A stretch of DNA of 21,498 nucleotides from a candidate division WOR-3 bacterium. Lineage in GTDB: Bacteria > Hydrothermota > Tepidihabitantia > Tepidihabitantales > Tepidihabitantaceae. Within the stretch, counting starts at the first letter, position 1. Each line of letters begins with the position of its first letter. Below the pieces are notes generated by a model. That model worked only from the letters and a program-made list of their open reading frames with translations, made no database searches and had not been told where the DNA came from. The stretch covers positions 1-21,498 of the forward strand of contig CBFGJV010000028.1 of the NCBI GenBank assembly GCA_965649205.1, read 5' to 3'. The translations under genes were made by a program, and so were the position numbers. This document shows, piece after piece, positions 1-8,177 of this stretch.

Positions 1-183
1 GGCCCGGGTACTGGGGAGTCCCCGCTAAGTTGTGTTTGCGGGTGGGATTGGGTGGGGTAGGGTTGCCTTATGCATACAAGTTGAAGGGTAGTGTTACCAG
101 AGTGGCTTACATAATCTAAGTTATTGAATATACGGTTCAATCTTGTTGTTTGGATAAGTTGTCAGGACAAGAGAAATTTTTTC

Positions 184-211
184 TTGACAAATAAAAGTGG
201 GGCAATATAGT
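184..211 (+). promoter_or_regulatory. sigma70-type promoter of the dcw operon
   Basis: Perfect TTGACA (184-189), 16-bp spacer, TATAGT (206-211), about 90 bp upstream of mraZ. Confidence 0.8.
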
Positions 212-217
212 GACGCT

Positions 218-257
218 GTGTTGAAAAATGGTGGATAATGGTGGAAAATGGGGTGAC
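218..257 (+). promoter_or_regulatory. MraZ-binding direct repeats (dcw operator)
   Basis: 10-bp-period units GTGTTGAAAA/ATGGTGGATA/ATGGTGGAAA/ATGGGGTGAC just downstream of the -10, plus AAAGTGGGG (194-202) in the spacer; resembles the known GTGG/TGGGN MraZ boxes upstream of mraZ. Confidence 0.75.
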
Positions 258-302
258 CGGCTGGTTAGGTGTTGTTGGAGTGAAGAAGTGAAATAGAAAT
301 AA

Positions 303-860
303 ATGTTAAGATTATTTTTTGTTGGTGAGTATCGTTTTTCGGTGGATGCCAAAGGCAGGGTGCAGGTCCCAGCCTCGTTCAGGCAACGTCTTCCTCCCGA
401 GTCGGAGGGGACGTTTGTGCTGCAAAGAGGTCGTGACAGAACCATAGAGGTTCACCCCCTGTCCGAATGGCTCGCCTACTGGGGCCGCACCCTGCAAATT
501 CTGCCCAAGTATCAGGACCGGGCCCGCAAGGTACGCAGACTGGCTCTGGCCAGTGCTGCTGAGGTACAGATGGACAATCAGCATCGACTGCTGATTCCTC
601 GTCATTTGCTGGAATGGGCCGGCATACAGTCCGAGGCGCTTCTGGCTGGTGCGGGCGAGTATTTTGAAATCTGGGAACCTGGTCGCTACGACAAGTTTGT
701 AGAAGAAGCACGGCAGACGCATGACGAGGACTTGGCAACACTGGAGCGGTACGGTTGGGGAATGGAAGTGAGATTGGCTCAGGGCGGGGAACGCAAGGTA
801 GAGGAAGGAAGGAAAAATGACTCAGGCAATGGCGTTCCACCGGCCGGTGTTGGTGAATGA
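303..860 (+). CDS. mraZ: Division/cell wall cluster transcriptional repressor MraZ
   Basis: F.GEY..SVDAKGRV.VP and MDNQHRLLIP (two SpoVT/AbrB-like repeats), G.GEYFEIW; first gene of the cluster. Confidence 0.95.
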   Translation: MLRLFFVGEYRFSVDAKGRVQVPASFRQRLPPESEGTFVLQRGRDRTIEVHPLSEWLAYWGRTLQILPKYQDRARKVRRLALASAAEVQMDNQHRLLIPRHLLEWAGIQSEALLAGAGEYFEIWEPGRYDKFVEEARQTHDEDLATLERYGWGMEVRLAQGGERKVEEGRKNDSGNGVPPAGVGE

Positions 861-1734
861 GGTACTGGAGTATCTGGTACCTAGAACGGGCACGATTATT
901 GACGCGTGCGTGGGGGGAGCAGGCCACGCACGGCATATACTTGCGGTATTAGAGTCTGGCAGGCTTCTGGGATTGGACTGGGACCCGGAAGCAATTGCTG
1001 AGGCAAGAAGGCAACTGGATAAGTACGAAAATGTGGAGTTGGTACAGGCAAACTATGCCGATATGGCTGGTATTGTGAAAAGACTAAATTTAGAGCCGGT
1101 GCGTGGAATTCTGTTTGACTTCGGGGTGTCGTACCATCAGTTACGTACACCGGAGCGTGGTTTCAGTTACGAGCTGGTGGGACCACTGGATATGAGATTT
1201 TGTCCTTCTGTTTGTCTACCTCCTGCGCTGGCGTTGTTGCGCCGGGCATCTGTACGGCAGATTGCCGGCTGGTTGCGAGAGTATGGCGAGGAGCGATTCG
1301 CCGGCAGAATTGCCCGACGTATCAGCGCCGAGCGGCAGAGGTTGAAAACTACCAAAGACTTGGCAGACCTCGTGCGCGAGGTTGTGCCGGTAAGGTCTGC
1401 AGTTAAGAGCTTGGCACGGGTTTTTCAAGCTTTGCGGATAGCCACCAACCGGGAGTTGGAGAATGTAAGGCGAGGATTGGCGGTTGCTGTTGACCTTCTG
1501 GTTCCGGGTGGTAGGTTGGTGGCGATTTCCTACCATTCGCTTGAAGACAGGGAGGTGAAGTTGTGTCTGCGCACGGCTGAACGTTCTGGCACGATGAGGG
1601 TGCTGACCCGTAAACCAGTACTGCCGCAGGAGTCGGAGGTGGCGGCGAACCCTCAGGCCAGGTCGGCGAAGTTGCGTGCAGCAGAAAAGTTAGAAACAAA
1701 GGTGGTCGCTGAGCAGAGAGAAAGGGGTGATTAA
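817..1734 (+). CDS. rsmH: 16S rRNA m4C1402 methyltransferase RsmH (MraW)
   Basis: HRPVLVNEV, D.CVGGAGH, DFGVS, PLDMR, FQALRIATN.EL, SYHSLEDR, NPQARSAKLR. Confidence 0.97.
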   Translation: MTQAMAFHRPVLVNEVLEYLVPRTGTIIDACVGGAGHARHILAVLESGRLLGLDWDPEAIAEARRQLDKYENVELVQANYADMAGIVKRLNLEPVRGILFDFGVSYHQLRTPERGFSYELVGPLDMRFCPSVCLPPALALLRRASVRQIAGWLREYGEERFAGRIARRISAERQRLKTTKDLADLVREVVPVRSAVKSLARVFQALRIATNRELENVRRGLAVAVDLLVPGGRLVAISYHSLEDREVKLCLRTAERSGTMRVLTRKPVLPQESEVAANPQARSAKLRAAEKLETKVVAEQRERGD

Positions 1735-1737
1735 AGT

Positions 1738-2067
1738 ATGAAAGCACTGTTGCGAATCGGCATTGTCATGGCTTTGTGTGGCATAGCTTTGGTGGAATTG
1801 ACGTTGCACAATCGCAGTTTGAAGCTTACGCAGCGTTTGCATGCCTGCGAGGTGCATCGGCAGTTTCTGTACGAGCAGAGAGACAGTCTGTTGGCAGAAA
1901 TAGCCCGTTTGTCCAGTTTTTCTCGTCTGGAGTCATTGTGGATAGCAGAGGGAAAACCCCGGTGGGAGGAAACCGGTGGCCGGCAGGCGGTTGACTTAGG
2001 TCAGGAGCCTGAGCCGGTCGAAAAGGAACTGCTTGCTTTTCAGCATGAGAAAGAGGGGAGACAATGA
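1738..2067 (+). CDS. ftsL: Cell division protein FtsL-like
   Basis: N-terminal TM helix followed by a leucine-rich coiled coil (LLAEIARLSSFSRLE); syntenic slot between rsmH and ftsI. Confidence 0.7.
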   Translation: MKALLRIGIVMALCGIALVELTLHNRSLKLTQRLHACEVHRQFLYEQRDSLLAEIARLSSFSRLESLWIAEGKPRWEETGGRQAVDLGQEPEPVEKELLAFQHEKEGRQ

Positions 2068-2234
2068 GGTGGGGAGGAGGTCGTTACGGCGTCGGCGGCA
2101 ACGGTTACCCGCAAGGGGAACCGGTATTGCCCTGGACGAAACAACAGACAGAGTCTGAGCAGAGAAAGGCGGAAGGCAGCAGGCAGCACACAGGCCGCTG
2201 GGCGCTCAAACAGGGAGAAGATGAGAGCAACTAG
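2064..2234 (+). CDS. Putative small protein, 56 aa (MRWGGGRYGVGGNGYPQ...GEDESN)
   Basis: Read by hand: ATGA overlap with the ftsL stop, GAGGGGAG SD-like sequence upstream, TAG at 2232-2234; no recognisable family. Confidence 0.3.
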   Translation: MRWGGGRYGVGGNGYPQGEPVLPWTKQQTESEQRKAEGSRQHTGRWALKQGEDESN

Positions 2235-2337
2235 TCGGCTTCAAGCACAGCGAATCTGTCGGCAGGAAGCTGAGAGCCGGGTAGAGCCTGCGGTCGGCCG
2301 CAGAGGAAGAATGGAAGCAGGAAACGCAGGATGGTGA
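2221..2337 (+). CDS. Putative small protein, 38 aa (MRATSRLQAQ...AGNAGW)
   Basis: Read by hand: AGGGAG SD-like sequence, ATG 2221; TGA 2335-2337 overlaps the ftsI start region. Confidence 0.25.
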   Translation: MRATSRLQAQRICRQEAESRVEPAVGRRGRMEAGNAGW

Positions 2338-4166
2338 AGTCGGAGCAGCGGCGGAGCAAAGGAGTGACGCTGTTTCTTTTGGGTGCGTGGATAGCCTTGT
2401 TGGGCCGGACGGCGTATGTCCAGCTGGGCCAATGGAAGTACTACAAGGCCAGGGCCCAGGAGCAGCATACCGATTCGCTGCGGCTGGGTGCGGAGCGCGG
2501 ACGTATATTTGATTGTCGGGGACGGGCTTTGACGCTGAATCAGACCGGCTCTCTGGTCTATGTGTGGCCCATCAAGGTGAAGAAGAGAGCTGGAAGAATA
2601 GATTCGCTTTGTGAGTTGTTTGTCCGGGCCGGGTTGGGGTCAAAGGAAGAACTGCGTCGGGAAATCGAGACACGCAACCGGATGTTTCGCTGCGGTTCCT
2701 GGATTGAGCAACCGAAGGCAGAAAGTCTTTGGCGCTGGCTCGTGAAGGGACGGTTTGGGGATTGTACCGCGGTCGAGCAGGAAAGCCGGAGACGTTATCC
2801 TTTTGGAGTAATGTTTGCCAATGTGGTGGGGTTTGTGGGCAAGGAAAGAGGGCTGGCCGGCCTGGAAACCTGGTATGATTCTGTTTTGTCGGGTAGGCCG
2901 GGATGGGTATTGATGCAGAAAGACGGCTCGGGTCTGGAAAGGCCTTATCCGAGCTATCCCCGCGTAGAGCCGATACCGGGCGTGGATTTGCATTTAACTC
3001 TGGATGCGGAAGTGCAGGAATTGAGTTATCGCGCGTTGGCCGCAGGTGTATCCCGCACGCAGGCTAAGCACGGTTCGGTGGTAGTACTAGATGCTTCTGA
3101 TGGCGCTATTCTGGCTCTGGCAGACTATCCCAGCTTTGATCCGATGAAATATGAGGAGTTTCCGCCGTCGTTATACAAGTGTGCGGCGGTGTGCGACGAG
3201 TTCGAGCCAGGTTCTACATTCAAGATAGTGGTGTGTGCGGCTGCCCTGGAAAGTCCGAATGCAGAGGAGCTGGTGAACCAACGTTATGATGTGTCTTCCG
3301 GCCAGATACAGGTTATGGGCAGGAAGATATCAGATGTACACCGGCACGGAGTTTTGGATTTTGACGGTCTCTTGGTGCAGTCGTCAAATCCGGGCTGTGC
3401 GTTGTTGGCTATGCAGTTGGACCGCACCAGATTCTATCTCACGGCCAGAGAACTGGGATTTGGTCAACCTGTGGGCATTGGTTTTCCGGGCGAAGCTACG
3501 GGCAGGATTGACCGACCGGAGAAGATGAATGCCCTGCGTATCGCTAATAACGCTTTTGGTCAGGGTGTGACAGTAACTTTATTGCAACTGGCTGCTGCTT
3601 ATTTGTGCATAGCCAATGACGGTCGCTATCTCCGGCCCTACCTGGTGCGTTCGGTAGGCGTCAGCAGGACGGGCAAGGCGCAGTCAAAGTACAGCTGGTC
3701 TATTTCTCGCGGGCCCAGACCGGGAAGACAAGCGTTGAAGACCGAAACGGCCGCCAGAATGAAGGACATTCTGGCCAAGGTGGTTACCGAGGGCACTGGC
3801 AAGCTGGCGGCGGTGCCGGGCGTACAGGTATGTGGGAAAACCGGCACGGCGCAGAAGGTGGAGCCGAATGGGACCTATTCGAAGACGCGTTCTACTATGA
3901 CCTTTGTGGGTTTTTTCCCGAAGGAAAAACCGAGATATGTGATAGCAGTGTTGCTGGATGAGCCGGCGCACAGATTTGCGGGCACATCTACCTGTCCGGT
4001 GTTCCGGGAGATAGCCGAGCAGTTGCTTATGCTGGAAAAAACCAGAGAAGCAGAGGGATTGGCCGGTACCTCAGTTCAGCGAGATGATTCCGGAAAAAGG
4101 CGAATTCTAGTGAGTAGTAGAGGAGACCAGACAAAGGTGGCTGGTTATCAGGGTGATATACAGTAG
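2331..4166 (+). CDS. ftsI: Class B penicillin-binding protein (FtsI/PBP3 transpeptidase)
   Basis: N-terminal TM, RGRIFD..G, RRYP.G, GLE, EPGSTFK (SxxK), SSN (SxN), KTGTAQK; no PASTA domain; start could be GTG 2334. Confidence 0.95.
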   Translation: MVKSEQRRSKGVTLFLLGAWIALLGRTAYVQLGQWKYYKARAQEQHTDSLRLGAERGRIFDCRGRALTLNQTGSLVYVWPIKVKKRAGRIDSLCELFVRAGLGSKEELRREIETRNRMFRCGSWIEQPKAESLWRWLVKGRFGDCTAVEQESRRRYPFGVMFANVVGFVGKERGLAGLETWYDSVLSGRPGWVLMQKDGSGLERPYPSYPRVEPIPGVDLHLTLDAEVQELSYRALAAGVSRTQAKHGSVVVLDASDGAILALADYPSFDPMKYEEFPPSLYKCAAVCDEFEPGSTFKIVVCAAALESPNAEELVNQRYDVSSGQIQVMGRKISDVHRHGVLDFDGLLVQSSNPGCALLAMQLDRTRFYLTARELGFGQPVGIGFPGEATGRIDRPEKMNALRIANNAFGQGVTVTLLQLAAAYLCIANDGRYLRPYLVRSVGVSRTGKAQSKYSWSISRGPRPGRQALKTETAARMKDILAKVVTEGTGKLAAVPGVQVCGKTGTAQKVEPNGTYSKTRSTMTFVGFFPKEKPRYVIAVLLDEPAHRFAGTSTCPVFREIAEQLLMLEKTREAEGLAGTSVQRDDSGKRRILVSSRGDQTKVAGYQGDIQ

Positions 4167-4169
4167 GAT

Positions 4170-5639
4170 ATGGGCAAGAAGCTGGAAGAACTGGTAAGGG
4201 GCGTTCCGTGTACCATACACGGTAACTCGGCCCTGGAGATAAAGGGCATTGCCTACCACTCCGGTCGTGTCAAGCCTGGCTGGCTCTTTGTAGCCGTGGA
4301 AGGATTTAACTTCTCCGGCAGTCAATTTATAGATGAGGCAATAAACCGGGGCGCGGTGGCCGTGGCTACAACTGACCTGGCACGGGTACGAAGAGGATGG
4401 GTTACTGTGGTCTTGACGCAAACGCCGAGGAGATTCCTGGCTCAGGTGGCCAATCGCTTTTATGATTTTCCTTCGCGGCGGCTGAGTCTGGTGGGCATTA
4501 CTGGTACGAATGGGAAAACAACTACCACTTATTTGGTGCGGGCGATGGCCGCGCAGCAGGGAATAGGGGCGGGTCTGATCGGCACGGTGGAATACTGGGA
4601 CGGTAAGCAGAAAGTGAAAGCCGGTCAGACTACACCCGAAAGCTTGGATTTGGTTGAGATGCTCCACCAGATGGTTGTCAATCAGTTGTCTCTGTGTGTG
4701 GCTGAAGTTTCTTCCCATGCTCTGGAGTTGGACAGAGTATTCGACTTGGAGTTCAAGGTGGCGGGTTTCACCAATATATCGCAGGACCATCTGGACTTTC
4801 ACAAGACTATGCGTGCCTATCAGGAAGCAAAGATGAAGCTTTTCACCAGTCTTTCGCCTACCAGCGTTTGCGTGACTAATCAGGATGATGCGTTAGGCCG
4901 GGAGATAGCCGAAAGAACCAGAGCTCGGGTTATTCGCTACAGCACGCGGGCAGACTGGGAGCCGGCTCCAGAGGTATGGGGAGAGGTGACAGAAGTAGGC
5001 CCGCAGGGGGTATCTCTCCGCGTAAATTGCTTGGGCCGGACTGTTCCCGTACGATTGCGGTTGGCAGGTCGTTACAACCTGCCGAATACGTTACTGGCAT
5101 TGGGTATTGGCTCAGCTCTGGGTTGGGACCTGGAGGCAATGGTGGCCGGAGCGGAGGCATTGGAGAGCGTGCCAGGCAGGCTAGAGCCGGTGGAAACCGG
5201 TCGCGGTTTTCGGGTTTTTGTGGACTATGCTCATACGCCAGATGCCCTGCAACGGGTATTGGAAACAGTAAGGGAGTTCACGCCCGGAAGAGTAATCTGC
5301 GTGTTCGGTTGTGGAGGAGACCGGGACCAGTCAAAACGGCCTTTGATGGGTCGAGTGGCTGCAGATTTGGCAGACCTGACAGTCGTTACTTCGGACAACC
5401 CCCGCTCCGAAAAGCCTGAAGCCATTATGGCGGATATTGTGAGAGGAATGAATGTGGGCGAAAGAAGAGAGGAGCCGGACCGCAGAGAAGCAATCCGGCT
5501 GGCCCTCAGAGAGGCGCGGCCGGGTGACACAGTGGTTATTGCCGGAAAGGGTCACGAGGAATATCAGATTTCCGCAGGCGAAGTGCGCGAGTTTGACGAC
5601 AGAAAGGTAGCAAGGGAGCTTCTGGCGGAGTTGGAATGA
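4170..5639 (+). CDS. murE: UDP-MurNAc-L-Ala-D-Glu:meso-diaminopimelate ligase
   Basis: GITGTNGKTTT, TTPES, EVSSHAL, DHLDFH, DYAHTPD, FGCGGDRD, DNPR (mDAP-type motif), AGKGHE. Confidence 0.97.
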   Translation: MGKKLEELVRGVPCTIHGNSALEIKGIAYHSGRVKPGWLFVAVEGFNFSGSQFIDEAINRGAVAVATTDLARVRRGWVTVVLTQTPRRFLAQVANRFYDFPSRRLSLVGITGTNGKTTTTYLVRAMAAQQGIGAGLIGTVEYWDGKQKVKAGQTTPESLDLVEMLHQMVVNQLSLCVAEVSSHALELDRVFDLEFKVAGFTNISQDHLDFHKTMRAYQEAKMKLFTSLSPTSVCVTNQDDALGREIAERTRARVIRYSTRADWEPAPEVWGEVTEVGPQGVSLRVNCLGRTVPVRLRLAGRYNLPNTLLALGIGSALGWDLEAMVAGAEALESVPGRLEPVETGRGFRVFVDYAHTPDALQRVLETVREFTPGRVICVFGCGGDRDQSKRPLMGRVAADLADLTVVTSDNPRSEKPEAIMADIVRGMNVGERREEPDRREAIRLALREARPGDTVVIAGKGHEEYQISAGEVREFDDRKVARELLAELE

Positions 5640-5679
5640 CTGCGGTTGACAAGCACATAGTCGAAACGGAGGTGGGTTA

Positions 5680-6768
5680 GTGCTTTACCGTTTTCTCTGG
5701 CCGCTGCGGGAAGTGTTTGGACCGTTTAATCTTTTCCGCTACATCACTTTTCGGGCTGCAGCCGCGGGGGCCTTGGCAATTGTCCTTGTGCTGGTGCTGG
5801 GTCCCGCGCTTATCCGGTTGGTACGCAGGCTGCAACTTGGTCAGAACATTCGAGACGAAGTACCTGAGCATCACCGCAAGAAAGCCGGCACTCCCACAAT
5901 GGGCGGAGTTTTGATTCTGGCTGCGGGGCTAGCAGGTATATTACTGTTTGCAGACTTGGGAAATCGGTTGGTACAGCTGGGGATTCTGACTCTGGTCTGG
6001 CTGGGCGCTTTAGGGTTGTGGGACGATTTTGTAAAGGTGAAGCTGGGTAAGGCACGGGGCGTAGATAAGACTACCAAGCTGGTGGTTCAGTTTGTACTTG
6101 CCGCCTTCATAGGGGCGGTGCTTTATTATGCACCGCTTGATCCAGCGGTCCGGACCAAGACTAATTTTCTTCTGTTCAAGAATTTGACGCTGGATTTTCG
6201 CTGGTTCTATCTGCCGTTTGTGATGTTGGTTGTGGTCTCTGGTTCCAATGCGGTCAACCTGGCAGACGGGCTGGACGGTTTGGCGGCAGGCTTGCTTGTG
6301 GTAGCTCTGGGAAGCATGGCGGCCCTATGTTATGTGTCCGGTCATGCCCAGCTGGCTCAGTATTTGAATATCATGTTTGTAAACGGGGCAGGAGAGATGG
6401 CCGTGTACTGCCTGGCTCTTATGGGTGCCTGCTTGGGTTTTCTCTGGTTTAATTGCCATCCGGCACAGATTTTCATGGGCGACACCGGTTCCCTGCCTTT
6501 AGGAGGAGCGTTGGCTCTGGCTGGAATCGTAGCCAAGCACGAACTATTGTTACCGCTCATTGGTGGTGTTTTTCTCATGGAAATCGGTTCGGTGGTAATA
6601 CAGGTGATATACTTCCGCGCTACCGGCGGCAAGAGGCTTTTCCGTATGTCTCCTCTGCACCATCATTTTGAGTTGAAAGGTTGGACTGAACCCCAGGTGG
6701 TCACAAGGTTTATGATTCTGGCGGTACTTTTTGGAATGCTGGCACTTGCCACTTTGAAGGTCAGATGA
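5680..6768 (+). CDS. mraY: Phospho-MurNAc-pentapeptide transferase
   Basis: GTG start with GGAGG SD; KAGTPTMGG, WDD, NAVNLADGLDGLA, FMGDTGS, PLHHHFE. Confidence 0.98.
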   Translation: MLYRFLWPLREVFGPFNLFRYITFRAAAAGALAIVLVLVLGPALIRLVRRLQLGQNIRDEVPEHHRKKAGTPTMGGVLILAAGLAGILLFADLGNRLVQLGILTLVWLGALGLWDDFVKVKLGKARGVDKTTKLVVQFVLAAFIGAVLYYAPLDPAVRTKTNFLLFKNLTLDFRWFYLPFVMLVVVSGSNAVNLADGLDGLAAGLLVVALGSMAALCYVSGHAQLAQYLNIMFVNGAGEMAVYCLALMGACLGFLWFNCHPAQIFMGDTGSLPLGGALALAGIVAKHELLLPLIGGVFLMEIGSVVIQVIYFRATGGKRLFRMSPLHHHFELKGWTEPQVVTRFMILAVLFGMLALATLKVR

Positions 6769-8177
6769 AGTCAGAGAAAACACGCAGGATGCAAAACAAG
6801 AGGCCGCCGACCAGAGCAGAACTGTATCAGAGTCGTATACTGGTATTGGGGATGGGAAGGGCTGGCTCAGCAGCGGCTTCGTTTTTGTTGCGGTTGGGGG
6901 CTCGGGTGACAGGGTATGATGCTGACCCCACCGTGTTGAGTTCGGGAAGGGTGAAAAAACTAATGGCACGGGGACTGAGGGTAGTTTCTGACTTGGGGCG
7001 GGAGAATTTTGACTGGGTAGTGGTGAGTCCGGGCGTGGCTGAAGATGCAGAGCCGATGATGATAGTGAAACGTTGTGGGCTGCCGGTGGTAGATGAACTT
7101 GACCTGGCGAGCGTTTTCGTGCCGGGAGAAATCGTAGCTGTGACTGGCACGAACGGCAAGTCTACTACGACGACTTTGATTGCCCGGATGCTTGAAAATG
7201 CGGGCCGAAGAGTTTTCGTGGGGGGCAATCTTGCGCCGGGCAAGCCTCTGTCAACCGCCTTGTCTCTGGGACGAAGAGACTATTACGTTGCGGAAGTATC
7301 AAGTTTTCAGCTGGAGCGCAGTCGCTGGCTTGCTCCGGAAGTAGCGGTGATACTGAATATCACCTCCGACCATTTGAATCGACATGGTGGTTTGGCCCGA
7401 TACAGGGAAAGCAAGTTCCGCATTCTGGATCGGCAGAGTGAGGCAGATCTAGCAGTTTTGAATCGCGACGACCCGATAGTAATGAGAGCCCAGAAACGGG
7501 GACGGGCAGAGCGATTATACTTCTCCTTGTCTCGGCAGGTGGAGGGAGCTTATCTACTAGAGGGTTGGTTCTGTTATCAGGGCGAGAGAATAGCCCCCCT
7601 GTCTTCTATGCGTCTGCGAGGAGAACATAATGTGGCGAATGCGCTGGCGGCCATATGCGTGGCGAGGTCGTTGGGTGTGACCAAAAGGGCGATACGCAAG
7701 ACTCTGAGTTCCTTTGTGGGATTGCCCCACCGTTTGGAAACGGTACGAAGATTGGCCGGCGTGGAATTTGTGAACAACAGCATGTGCACCAACCCGGTTG
7801 CAGGCATACGTTCACTCCGAGCTGTAGCTCTAGAAGCGACCGAAGGCGGAAGAGGGAAGAAAGGAGTTATTCTCATCACCGGGGGACGGGAGAAGGGTCT
7901 GGATTACAAGGAGTATCTCGTGGCAGTAAGACGGTGGGCAAAATGGGTTGTATTGTTTGGTGAGAACGCCCGCAAATTAGCAGAGGAACTGGCTTCAGCC
8001 GGTTTTTCTCGTCACGAGATAGCAGATGAGCTGAGACAGGCTGTGGAACTTGCCTGGAACCGGGCTGAACGGGGAGACATAGTTCTGTTTTCTCCGGCCT
8101 TCGCTAGTTTCGATCGCTTCCGTGACTTTCAACAGCGGGGAAATGCGTTTCGAAGGGAGGTGAGTCGTCTTGCTTAG
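6765..8177 (+). CDS. murD: UDP-MurNAc-L-Ala:D-glutamate ligase
   Basis: LGMGRAG, VVSPGV, VTGTNGKSTT, EVSSFQL, DHLNRH, GLPHRLE, SPAFASFD.F; ATGA overlap with mraY. Confidence 0.95.
   Translation: MKSEKTRRMQNKRPPTRAELYQSRILVLGMGRAGSAAASFLLRLGARVTGYDADPTVLSSGRVKKLMARGLRVVSDLGRENFDWVVVSPGVAEDAEPMMIVKRCGLPVVDELDLASVFVPGEIVAVTGTNGKSTTTTLIARMLENAGRRVFVGGNLAPGKPLSTALSLGRRDYYVAEVSSFQLERSRWLAPEVAVILNITSDHLNRHGGLARYRESKFRILDRQSEADLAVLNRDDPIVMRAQKRGRAERLYFSLSRQVEGAYLLEGWFCYQGERIAPLSSMRLRGEHNVANALAAICVARSLGVTKRAIRKTLSSFVGLPHRLETVRRLAGVEFVNNSMCTNPVAGIRSLRAVALEATEGGRGKKGVILITGGREKGLDYKEYLVAVRRWAKWVVLFGENARKLAEELASAGFSRHEIADELRQAVELAWNRAERGDIVLFSPAFASFDRFRDFQQRGNAFRREVSRLA

Noticed and set aside
218..257. 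Short tandem repeats as a CRISPR array or iterons
   Set aside because: 10-bp units with no spacers; better explained as MraZ boxes
2321..6791. Shared ACGCAGGATG and TGAAGTC.GAG words near the ftsI and murD starts
   Set aside because: Too short to separate from chance in purine-rich junction sequence
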